DNA of 20,879 nucleotides, taken from contig CBFGIV010000039.1 of the NCBI GenBank assembly GCA_965648915.1, positions 1 to 20,879 on the forward strand. The letters run 5' to 3'. Under the pieces are notes generated by a model that saw only the letters and a program-made list of their open reading frames with translations, was not told the DNA's origin and made no database searches. Position numbers and translations under genes: made by a program. Origin of the DNA: a candidate division WOR-3 bacterium. GTDB taxonomy: Bacteria > Hydrothermota > Tepidihabitantia > SM23-42 > CAYGYG01. The number at the start of each line of letters is the position of its first letter. Within the stretch, counting starts at the first letter, position 1. This document shows, in pieces, positions 8,654-17,199 of this stretch.

Positions 8654-8803
8654 GATTAAGAATAAGGGGGAGACGATGCCCGAGAATAAACCGCGGCCAG
8701 TTTCGTATAATACCTCTTGACTTTTTTTCTATTAATTATAATCATATTAATTAAAATTGCCGACAAAAACAGGTTACTGATTAATAATGATGATTTTTTA
8801 ATC

Positions 8804-8825
8804 GTAGGGGTGCGATTTATCACGC
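8804..8825 (+). repeat. Degenerate GTAG-family REP-like palindrome (single copy)
   Basis: GTAGGGGTGCGAT-TT-ATCACGC: GTAG tetranucleotide followed by an imperfect hairpin (one G-T pair, one mismatch). Confidence 0.4.
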
Positions 8826-8893
8826 AAGAATTACGGCCTTCGTATTAATTAATCTCTGACATTTTTGGGTATTTATAATTCTTAGGAGACACA

Positions 8894-10891
8894 ATGAGGT
8901 ATTTTATACCACTCCTGATGCCTATTGTCATTTTTGCCCGGACAATGACCGAGACTTTTATCTTTCCACCCCACAGGATCGTGGTTACCAGGATATATAA
9001 CTACGACTTAATCTCCCTTCCGGGCCATTTTTATACCTCAGAACCTGGCAGCCCCTGCTTGCCTCGGGCTAATTATACGGTGCTCTTACCACCGACTGCC
9101 GAGATTACCTCGGTTGAAGTCATCTCTTGCAAGGCAAAGGATTTACCTGGTTCTTTTAATATCTTCCCGGCTCAAAAGCCAATGCCTTTATCTTTGATTG
9201 ACAAAGGAATGGATCTTATACCACCAAATCCAGTCATCTATAATTCAAGCCAGGAGTACCCAGGTAAACTGACGGACTTCACACCATCTGGTTGCCTGAG
9301 TGGTTATCGTCTGGCTAATATTTCTCTATACCATTTACAGTATATACCAAGTGAGAAGCGATTAAAATTTTATAGGGAAATTACCATAAAGATTAACTAA
9401 GAAGAGGGTCGCCATGAGCCGGTCTCATTAAGCAAAGGCCAAATTGAGTTTTTGGTGATGATCTTAGAAGTCTTATTATCAATCCAGAAGATGTCGCAAG
9501 GTGGGCACCGAGTATTAAGACACTTCGCGACAGCATAGATTATTTAATTATCACGGGTAGTGCCAATGGCTCGACATTTCAACCAGTTGCCTACTGGCGG
9601 ACTAAAAAAGGGTACTATACCAGAATACTTTCAACCGATTCAATCTATCCACATTATCCCGGTAGAGACAATGCCGAAAAGATTAGGAACTGTATTAAGG
9701 ATTACTGGCAGGTGACATCAGCGTTGTTCCTTACTGCCCCCCTATATGTAAATCTCGGCAGGACTACTGATTACATTCCTTCAGATTTATATTTTGCCGA
9801 CCTGCAGTGGTCCTATGACGGCAACCGCAATAATGTCTTTGGCGAATATTCATTCAATGGTGATACGGTTGATCTGTATTATGATGTCTATTTAGGTTCG
9901 GACTACCGCCCAGCCTTTGCGTGAGACTCTTCGGACCGGTGTTGGCTTTGTCCATTTTGTCTGCCATGGCAATGCGAATGGTTGTATAGTTACAAGTCAA
10001 GAAGTTTACAATCTCACCAATGAGCAAAAATATATTATTGCCAATGCAATGACCAGTGATTGTGGTGCGTTCGAAAATAATGACTGCTTCGTTGAAAATT
10101 TTATCAATGCTCTCAATGGCGGTGCGATTTGCGGCTTCTTCAATTCTAGTTATGGATTGGGTTATTCAAACGGTCCAGCAGGCCCCTCGAAGCAGATCGA
10201 CATTGAATTCTATCGATATTTCTTCACGCACGACTCTCTGTTTGAAATTGGAAAATGTCATTCAGCTTCCAAACATAACTTTTGTAATTCAGCCATAAGC
10301 CAGGGAGTCTGGCGATGGTGTTACTATGAGACAAATCTCTTTGGTGATCCAGAACTTCCAATGTGGGGGCTGAAGCCATGCACACTTGTGGTTACTCCCC
10401 CCAATACTATTCGTCTTGGTCCCCAGAATTATCTGGTAACAGTGCGTTCCGCCGGCAACCCTCTGGCTAACGTTTTAGTGTGCCTCTGGAAAGGTGACGA
10501 GGTCTACGCTCGAAGTAAGACTGATATTTCAGGTAATGTGACCCTGTCAATAAATCCAACAACAACAGGCCCAATGTTAATTACCGTTACCGCCAAAAAT
10601 CACTTGCCTTATGAAAGTTCGTGTATGGCTGGTATTGAAGAAAAGAAAATTTCCACACGGTTGATTCAAGAAATAAAAATAGTTACCAATTCGGTAAGAG
10701 ATAAATTGGTCATTCGCTATTCTTTACCTGTTCGTGAAAAAATCAAAGCTGAGGTATTTGATGTTTGCGGAAGATTTGCCGGGCTTGACGAAATTGTCTG
10801 GCGACCAAAAAATCTTGCTCCTGGTGTCTATTTTATTAAAATCAGTTCAACCTACGCGGTTGATCGATATCTTTCTTTTATCTTCTTGTAG
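8894..10891 (+). pseudogene. Gingipain-like peptidase C25 pseudogene (propeptide, catalytic domain, Ig-like domain, T9SS CTD remnant)
   Basis: Propeptide (EPGSPCLP...YIPSEKRLKFY). Nonsense TAA at 9398, frameshift at T5 (9449-9453), then DYLIIT...WRTKKG...GRDNAEKIRNCIKDYW, GDISVVP in a third frame, PSDLYFADL...DVYLG, another shift, then HGN and NLFGDPELPMW. Degenerate CTD (FDVCGR...LAPGVYFIK). Confidence 0.88.
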
Positions 10892-11241
10892 TTAAAACCG
10901 GCCCTGGTGACCGCTTTACCCCAACTGCCGAAATACCTCGTTGCTGCTTGAATCAATCTCCGGGTTCTTCGGGCAATATTCTTATAATTCAGTGAGACTT
11001 TCCGTCGGGCATATTTTCTGATCTCGGCAATGACCTTCTCTTTACTCCAGTGCCTTTCGCGCTTAAGTCCACGGTGTAGATCAATTGTCCGTAATGCCCG
11101 GCGCCAGGAGCCGAAGTGCCGGATTGCTGCCTGATATAAAGCACGGTGGTGATGAAAGACATAGGCTGGAGAAAAATCCGGATGCTTTCTCTTCAGCCTC
11201 TTAATTTCTCTTATAATTAAATTTTTATTCCAGGTTACCAT
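10852..11241 (-). CDS. Small basic protein of two tandem 'W.K..II.EI...AA.R.FGSW..A' repeats (homing-endonuclease-associated-repeat-like), putative DNA-binding
   Basis: 129 aa, very K/R-rich. Repeat 1 WNKNLIIREI...LYQAAIRHFGSWRRAL; repeat 2 WSKEKVIAEI...LIQAATRYFGSWGKAVTRAG. SD GAGG at 11246-11249. Confidence 0.8.
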   Translation of the reverse strand: MVTWNKNLIIREIKRLKRKHPDFSPAYVFHHHRALYQAAIRHFGSWRRALRTIDLHRGLKRERHWSKEKVIAEIRKYARRKVSLNYKNIARRTRRLIQAATRYFGSWGKAVTRAGFNYKKIKERYRSTA

Positions 11242-11261
11242 AGAACCTCAGGATAGGCTTG

Positions 11262-12686
11262 CTAACGGATCTTTACTATCCTCAATAGTTGATGAGTACT
11301 GACACCTTCTATAAAATATACACCGGCGGTTAGATCCCTGCCGATCATGTAACCCGGATCTTTTCCAACCCACTTCCCCGTAATATCATAGATATCAAAA
11401 TATTCCCGTTCCCAACCTATGGCGGTGGCAAAATGGGCAAATGGATTTGGTGTTACTTGTAATCTTGCTTCTAACTTCTGACTTCTGATTTCTTTCTCTT
11501 CAATCCCCGTATTCCCGGTTGGGTTCCGTTTGTAGTATATTTCTCGATTGCCGTCCCTTTCGTCCGTCCAGACAGTATGTAATTTACTTCCGGAAATTGC
11601 AATCGATGGATAAAAAGAGGCTGCACCATCTGCAGTCAGGCCTGTGTCTGGACTCCAGATCGTGCCGTTATTTGTCGAGCGCTTGTAATAAATTTCATAA
11701 TTTCCATCCCGCTGGTCATACCAGACAAGATGAAGATTCTGCCCGGAGACCGCAATCGATGGCCGGTTCGATTCACCCGGGGAATTAGTCAATCTCGTAT
11801 CCGAACCCCAGGTGGAGCCGGCATCGGTTGAACGTTTGTAATAAATCTCCCGATCACCGTCCCGCTCATCAAACCAAGCAATATGGACTGAAGAACCGTT
11901 GGCACCGATCGTCGGCAGATAAGAATTTGCCCCGTCGTTGGTTAATCTGATATCAGCACCCCAGGTCGAACCGTTATCTGTTGAGCGCTTGTAGTAGATC
12001 TCAGGATTGCCATCACGCAGATCATACCAGACGATATGAACATAAGAACCCGTAGCGGCAACTGATGGCGGGCCTGAGCCGCCCGGGTCAGTGGTCAGAC
12101 GCTGATCCGGTTCCCAGTTTGTTCCGCCATTTGTTGATCTTTTGTAAAAGATATCCCAGTTATACCGGACTCCATCCCATTTTAAATCGTGCCAGACAAC
12201 ATGGATAAATTGTCCCGAGGTGGCGATTGACGCCCAAGAATCGGCCTCAACCCTTAAGTCGTCGCGGGTAAGCTGGGTATCCGGTCGCCAGGTTGTGCCG
12301 CCATCAGTTGAGCGCTTATAAAAGATCTCATCATCGCCACCACGGATGTAATCGCACCAGACAATATGGATATTTCGGGGTGGAGAAACAGCAAGGGAGA
12401 CGACCGGGGACTGCGGATAAAAGGCCGCGGTATCGACAATCTTCGTCTCGGGCCCCCAGGATAGACCACCATTGGTTGAACGGCAATAGTAGATTTTGTC
12501 ACCGCCTTCCCGATAATCGAACCAGACAATATGAACAGTATCATTCTGCGCCGCCACACACCATCCGCTATTGGGTGAAGTCTGTGAAACACTGGGGTCA
12601 TTAGTGATCCTCTGGTCCGGCTCCCACTGTCCAAAAAGCATTGTCGCAGAGTTAAGGAGAAAACAGATTAGAAATTTTTTTATCAT
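11262..12686 (-). CDS. Secreted BNR/Asp-box (exo-alpha-sialidase-like) propeller protein with degenerate T9SS CTD
   Basis: Start reassigned to ATG 12686 (SD AGGAGG at 12693-12698; MIKKFLICFLL signal). Six I(Y/F)Y.RST(D/N).G..W repeats plus a partial seventh. CTD PNPF...IYDITGK...LTAGVYFI...IVKIR. Confidence 0.88.
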   Translation of the reverse strand: MIKKFLICFLLNSATMLFGQWEPDQRITNDPSVSQTSPNSGWCVAAQNDTVHIVWFDYREGGDKIYYCRSTNGGLSWGPETKIVDTAAFYPQSPVVSLAVSPPRNIHIVWCDYIRGGDDEIFYKRSTDGGTTWRPDTQLTRDDLRVEADSWASIATSGQFIHVVWHDLKWDGVRYNWDIFYKRSTNGGTNWEPDQRLTTDPGGSGPPSVAATGSYVHIVWYDLRDGNPEIYYKRSTDNGSTWGADIRLTNDGANSYLPTIGANGSSVHIAWFDERDGDREIYYKRSTDAGSTWGSDTRLTNSPGESNRPSIAVSGQNLHLVWYDQRDGNYEIYYKRSTNNGTIWSPDTGLTADGAASFYPSIAISGSKLHTVWTDERDGNREIYYKRNPTGNTGIEEKEIRSQKLEARLQVTPNPFAHFATAIGWEREYFDIYDITGKWVGKDPGYMIGRDLTAGVYFIEGVSTHQLLRIVKIR

Positions 12687-12717
12687 AAAAAACCTCCTTG
12701 TGCCCCCAAGCACGCCG

Positions 12718-14268
12718 CTACAACGGTATATTGCCGTGCTTTTTGGGAGGATTGGTATCCCTCTTGTTCTGCAGCATCTCCAGGGCCTTGATCAATTTAG
12801 GCCTGGTCTCGCTCGGTCTTATGACCTCGTCGATATAACCACGGCTGGCGGTAATAAAAGGATTGGCAAACTTCTCAGTATATTCGAGGACACGTTCCTG
12901 TTTGGCTTTGACCGCATCTTTGGCTTCGCCAATCTCTTTGCGATAGAGGATATTGACTGCTCCGTCCGGCCCCATCACCGCAATCTCGGCGGTCGGCCAG
13001 ACAAAGTTTATGTCTGCACGGATGTGTTTTGAATTCATTACACAGTAGGCACCACCATATGCCTTGCGCGTTATAACCGTTAATCGGGGAACGGTCGCTT
13101 CACAGAAGGCATACATCAACTTGGCCCCTTCTTTTATAACCCCGCCGTGTTCCTGATTAACACCGGGTAAAAATCCCGGCACATCTTCAAAGACAACAAG
13201 GGGAATATTAAAACAGTCACAGAATCGGACAAACCTCGCTGCCTTCATCGAAGATTTCGTATCGAGCACCCCGGCTAAAACCGCAGGCTGGTTGGCGACA
13301 ATACCAACCGGTCGGCCATTGAGCCGGGCAAAACCGACGATAACATTCTGGGCAAAATGTTCGTGAACTTCCAGAAGTTTGCCATCATCAACCACCATCC
13401 GGATTACTTCTTTCATATCATAAGGTTTGATCGGGCTATCCGGGATTATCCGGTCGAGATTTTCATCCATCCGCTCAATCGGATCCCGGCATTCGCTAAC
13501 CGGCGGATCTTCCATATTATTCTGAGGCAGATAAGATAAAAGTTCTTTTATCTGTCCAATGCAGGTCTCTTCATCCTCACAGGCAAAATGGGCAACACCG
13601 CTGGTCGCATTATGAGCCATTGCACCACCCAGTTGCTCAAAGGTCACCTCTTCATGAGTAACCGCCTTAATCACATCGGGTCCGGTTAAGAACATATAAC
13701 TTGTCCCTTTGACCATAAAGACAAAATCGGTCAAGGCGGGCGAATACACCGCTCCACCCGCACAGGGGCCCATAATAGCAGAAATCTGCGGAACAACACC
13801 CGAGGCCAGGACATTCCGCAAAAAGATATAAGAATAACCCGCCAGGCTATCAACCCCTTCCTGAATTCTTGCCCCACCCGAATCTTTAAGCCCGATAATG
13901 GGAGCGCCATTTTTTAATGCCAGATCCTGGATCTTGACAATCTTCTCGGCATAGGCGAGACTCAGGGAACCACCAAAGACCGTAAAATCTTCAGAGAGGA
14001 TATAGACCAGACGGCCGTTGATCGTGCCATAGCCTGTGACCACACCGTCACCCGGTATTTTTTTCTTGTCCATATCAAAATCAATGCATCGATGCGTAAC
14101 AAACATATCGAGTTCAGTAAAACTCCCTTTATCGAGAAGAAGGTCGATTCGTTCCCGGGCAGTCAGTTTTCCCGCCTCGTGCTGGCGTTTGATCCGCTCG
14201 GCACCACCACCTAAAAGGGCTTCCTTCTTCAGTTTTTCTAAGTGTTTCAGTTTTTCGGCCATTGACAT
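12718..14268 (-). CDS. pccB: Acyl-CoA carboxylase beta / methylmalonyl-CoA carboxyltransferase subunit (PccB/MmdA family)
   Basis: 516 aa. [66 protein letters not shown]. Confidence 0.9.
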   Translation of the reverse strand: MSMAEKLKHLEKLKKEALLGGGAERIKRQHEAGKLTARERIDLLLDKGSFTELDMFVTHRCIDFDMDKKKIPGDGVVTGYGTINGRLVYILSEDFTVFGGSLSLAYAEKIVKIQDLALKNGAPIIGLKDSGGARIQEGVDSLAGYSYIFLRNVLASGVVPQISAIMGPCAGGAVYSPALTDFVFMVKGTSYMFLTGPDVIKAVTHEEVTFEQLGGAMAHNATSGVAHFACEDEETCIGQIKELLSYLPQNNMEDPPVSECRDPIERMDENLDRIIPDSPIKPYDMKEVIRMVVDDGKLLEVHEHFAQNVIVGFARLNGRPVGIVANQPAVLAGVLDTKSSMKAARFVRFCDCFNIPLVVFEDVPGFLPGVNQEHGGVIKEGAKLMYAFCEATVPRLTVITRKAYGGAYCVMNSKHIRADINFVWPTAEIAVMGPDGAVNILYRKEIGEAKDAVKAKQERVLEYTEKFANPFITASRGYIDEVIRPSETRPKLIKALEMLQNKRDTNPPKKHGNIPL

Positions 14269-14290
14269 AAAGACTCCTGTATCGATAAAG

Positions 14291-14318
14291 TACCTAAATA
14301 TAAATACCTAAATAAAAA
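14291..14318. repeat. Tandem 14-bp direct repeat upstream of the carboxyltransferase gene
   Basis: TACCTAAATATAAA / TACCTAAATAAAAA; identical 10-mer at 14291-14300 and 14305-14314. Confidence 0.7.
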
Positions 14319-14368
14319 TGTCCGAATATGATTTTTTAAATAGCTTCATTTAATTTGTTTAGAATCTA

Positions 14369-15205
14369 TCATACAATTGGCTGCAATTTAAATTCTCCAT
14401 TTTCTTCTTCAAGGTGAGCCATCCTGATCTTCGGGTCGTGTTCGAAAATTAAGAGCCATCTCTCATCAATTGCTCTTTTTAAAAAAACCTTCTTCTGCTC
14501 AATCGTCTCCAGGGGATAAAGGTCATAGCCCATCACAAAAGGGATTCTTAAATGTGATGTGGTTGGGATCAGATCGCCCCAGTAGAGGGCGGTCTTCCCT
14601 TCAGACTCAATCTTGACCATCTGATGACCCCGGGTATGACCACCGGTGTTGATTACCTCAATGCCGGGCAGGATCTCTTTACTGCCTTCGATCAACTCCA
14701 ACTGACCTGAGTTCTGAATGGGCAAGAAATTCTCGAGTAAATAACTTGCTTTTGTCCTCTCATTCGGGCTTACTGCATCTGCCCATTCCGCCTTCTGGAC
14801 AAAATACTTTGCCCGGCAAAATGTCGGGATCGCTCTCTTATCTTCGTTGTAAATTGTATTACCACCACAGTGGTCAAAGTGGAGATGGGTATTGATTACG
14901 ATATCAATCTCATCGGGTTTAATCCCGAGGTCATTTAAGTTCTGGATTAAACCCTTTCCCCGCTGAACACTGTAGATCTCGATGAACCGTTCTTTCAATT
15001 TATCACCAATGCCCGTGTCGATCAAGATCTTGAAGTCTTTACCCTTTATCAAGAGGAGATTGAGTGCCAGTTCTATTCGATTCTTATCATCTGCCGGATT
15101 GAGTTTCGACCACATCACTTTCGGCACAACCCCGAACATCGCTCCGCCATCGAGATAAAAGATTCCGTCGTTAATGATCTCTAAATCTAATTTACCTAAC
15201 TTCAT
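14369..15205 (-). CDS. MBL-fold metallo-hydrolase (YtnP-like)
   Basis: LDGGAMFGVVPK, THLHFDHCGG (HxHxDH), GGHTRGHQ, GDLIP, MGYDLYP, FEHDP. Confidence 0.93.
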   Translation of the reverse strand: MKLGKLDLEIINDGIFYLDGGAMFGVVPKVMWSKLNPADDKNRIELALNLLLIKGKDFKILIDTGIGDKLKERFIEIYSVQRGKGLIQNLNDLGIKPDEIDIVINTHLHFDHCGGNTIYNEDKRAIPTFCRAKYFVQKAEWADAVSPNERTKASYLLENFLPIQNSGQLELIEGSKEILPGIEVINTGGHTRGHQMVKIESEGKTALYWGDLIPTTSHLRIPFVMGYDLYPLETIEQKKVFLKRAIDERWLLIFEHDPKIRMAHLEEENGEFKLQPIV

Positions 15206-15215
15206 ACCTCAATCG

Positions 15216-15244
15216 ATTATAAACGGAAAAGATGAAAAAAGCAA
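15216..15244 (-). promoter_or_regulatory. Sigma70 promoter of the MBL hydrolase gene
   Basis: TTGCTT (15239-15244), 17 bp, TATAAT (15216-15221). ATG lies only 10 nt past the -10. Confidence 0.6.
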
Positions 15245-15264
15245 GGGGAAAAAATACCCCTTAC
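15235..15264 (-). terminator. Rho-independent terminator closing the aro-trp-his operon
   Basis: Minus strand GTAAGGGG-TATTTTTT-CCCCTTGC-TTTTTT: 8-bp stem with one U-G pair, U6 tail. Confidence 0.75.
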
Positions 15265-15310
15265 CACTCAATTTCGAGACCCTGAGATAATTTCTTCTTT
15301 TCTTAAAGTG

Positions 15311-16585
15311 TCAAACCAGCGAAGTTTTCCTTATCCCAATTGAATTCAGATGGCCATAGAGTCCTTCAATCCGTGCAAGTTTTTCGGCAATCGCACTGAT
15401 ATTCTCAAAACCCATTTTATCCACTTTCAAAACCGTCTGAATCTTCAAAAAATCCTTGATGTGCAATCCACCGGTATATCGTGCTGCACCTCCGGTTGGT
15501 AATGTGTGATTCAGACCACTGCTATAATCACCAAGCACCTCGGCCGAGTATTTTCCAATAAAAAGTGAGCCATAGTTTTTCAGTTTATCAATAAATTTAT
15601 TGGGATTCTTAACCTGTAGTTCAAGGTGCTCGGGTGCTTTCTTATTAGCAATTTCTATTGCTTGATCCATATTTTTGACAAAGATTATAACCCCTTTTTT
15701 CTTCAGTGAAGCATTGGCTATTTCTTTAGTATTTAGTTTTTGTAGTTGCCTTTTTACCTCTTTTTTTACATTTTCGGCAAGTCTTTTTGAGTTGGTAATC
15801 AAAATTGCGCTTGCATCAACATCATGTTCTGCCTGGGCAAGTAAATCAGCAGCAATAATTTTTACTTCTGCTGTTTTATCAGCAATTATTAAAATCTCGC
15901 TCGGACCGGCAATGAAATCAATGCCAACATCCCCATAAACAAGTTTCTTCGCCGTCGTAACATAGATATTACCCGGACCAAAAATTTTATCTACAGGCTT
16001 CATACTTTCAGTTCCATAAGCAAGTGCCGCGATTGCCTGAATCCCGCCGACTCTATAGACTTCTTTGATACCAATAAGATGTGCAGTAGCAAGGATTGCC
16101 GGATGGATTGAGTTATTATGGGTTGGTGGCGAGCACAATACAATCTCTTTTACACCAGCAACCTTTGCCGGTACCCCACACATCAAGACCGTTGAAACAA
16201 GGGGAAATTTGCCACCCGGAACATAGATTCCAATTCTTTTTATCGGTATTACCTTTTGCCCAGCATATACACCTTTTGTTATAGCAATTTTAAAATCTTT
16301 TAATTGTCTTAAATGTGCTAAGGAAAACTTTTCAATATTTGTTTTTGCTTTTTTGATTGCATTCAGAAAATCAGAATCTATGTCATCGTATGCATCCCTG
16401 AGTTCCTGAGGTCTGACCCTGAAGTCTCTAATCAGAACTCTATCAAATCTCTGTGTGTATTTCCTAATTGCCCTGTCACCATTCTTCTTCACATCTTCAA
16501 TTATTTTGTAGGCATCTACAATGTTATAGGTAATCGGGCATTTAAAGAAATCTTTTTTCAAATCTTTATAATTTATTATGCGCAA
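15311..16585 (-). CDS. hisD: Histidinol dehydrogenase
   Basis: GIYVPGG, GPGNIYV, AGPSE, QAEHD, APEHL, GDYSSGLNHTLPT, EGLYGH. TTG start with SD GGGAGG; overlaps the trpG stop. Confidence 0.95.
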   Translation of the reverse strand: MRIINYKDLKKDFFKCPITYNIVDAYKIIEDVKKNGDRAIRKYTQRFDRVLIRDFRVRPQELRDAYDDIDSDFLNAIKKAKTNIEKFSLAHLRQLKDFKIAITKGVYAGQKVIPIKRIGIYVPGGKFPLVSTVLMCGVPAKVAGVKEIVLCSPPTHNNSIHPAILATAHLIGIKEVYRVGGIQAIAALAYGTESMKPVDKIFGPGNIYVTTAKKLVYGDVGIDFIAGPSEILIIADKTAEVKIIAADLLAQAEHDVDASAILITNSKRLAENVKKEVKRQLQKLNTKEIANASLKKKGVIIFVKNMDQAIEIANKKAPEHLELQVKNPNKFIDKLKNYGSLFIGKYSAEVLGDYSSGLNHTLPTGGAARYTGGLHIKDFLKIQTVLKVDKMGFENISAIAEKLARIEGLYGHLNSIGIRKTSLV

Positions 16586-17199
16586 TATTCCTCCCTTGTT
16601 TTTATTCTTATCTTAGAATTCCAGTTAACTTCTTTATAGTATGACAGAAAATTTCTTAAAATCCTCTTGCCGGGTTTGGTGAAAATTGATTCAGGATGGA
16701 ATTGAACTCCCTCGATACTATAAACTTTATGTCTGATACCCATTATTACACCCTTTTCTGTCCAGGCAGTAATTTCAAGACAATCAGGGATGGTTTCTTT
16801 CTCTACAATTAGGGAATGGTAGCGCGTCGCGGAAAATGGGTTCTTAATTCCTTGAAATATTCGCTTCCTATCATGGAAGATTAATGATGTCTTTCCATGA
16901 ATAACCTCTTTTGCCCTTATTATCTTTGCACCGAAAACATAAGCGATCGCCTGATGGCCAAGACATACGCCAAATATAGGAATTTTGCCCGCAAAATGTT
17001 CAATGATATTACAGGTATAGCCTGCTTCCTTGGGTGTTTTTGGACCCGGAGAAATAAAGATGAATTCAGGCTTTAATTTTTTAATCATCTTTATTGTTAT
17101 CTCATCATTCCTATAAACCTGCAACTTTTCTCCCATCGCACCCAAATACTGGGCAAGATTATAAACGAATGAATCATAATTGTCAATCAATAGTATCAT
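16576..17199 (-). CDS. trpG: Anthranilate synthase component II (TrpG/PabA glutamine amidotransferase)
   Basis: IDNYDSF, SPGP, GVCLGHQ, RYHSL, GVQFHPES. ATGA overlap with trpE. Confidence 0.92.
   Translation of the reverse strand: MILLIDNYDSFVYNLAQYLGAMGEKLQVYRNDEITIKMIKKLKPEFIFISPGPKTPKEAGYTCNIIEHFAGKIPIFGVCLGHQAIAYVFGAKIIRAKEVIHGKTSLIFHDRKRIFQGIKNPFSATRYHSLIVEKETIPDCLEITAWTEKGVIMGIRHKVYSIEGVQFHPESIFTKPGKRILRNFLSYYKEVNWNSKIRIKTREEYCA

Noticed and set aside
8717..8879. Promoter-like pairs TTGACT/TATAAT (8717/8737) and CTGACA/TATAAT (8856/8874)
   Set aside because: Spacers of 14 and 12 bp are too short for sigma70, and the region is AT-rich.
9398..9453. Programmed readthrough, recoding or phase variation restoring the C25 protease
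   Set aside because: The stop is TAA, all other genes use the standard code, and several further lesions cannot be rescued by one event.
11500..12560. DNA-level repeats in the BNR gene as a CRISPR array or DGR template/variable pair
   Set aside because: The repeats are in frame, diverged and explained by propeller blades; there is no cas or reverse transcriptase gene.
12687..12713. ORF-track start of the BNR gene at 12713
   Set aside because: The extension contains the AGGAGG SD; ATG 12686 gives a proper signal peptide.
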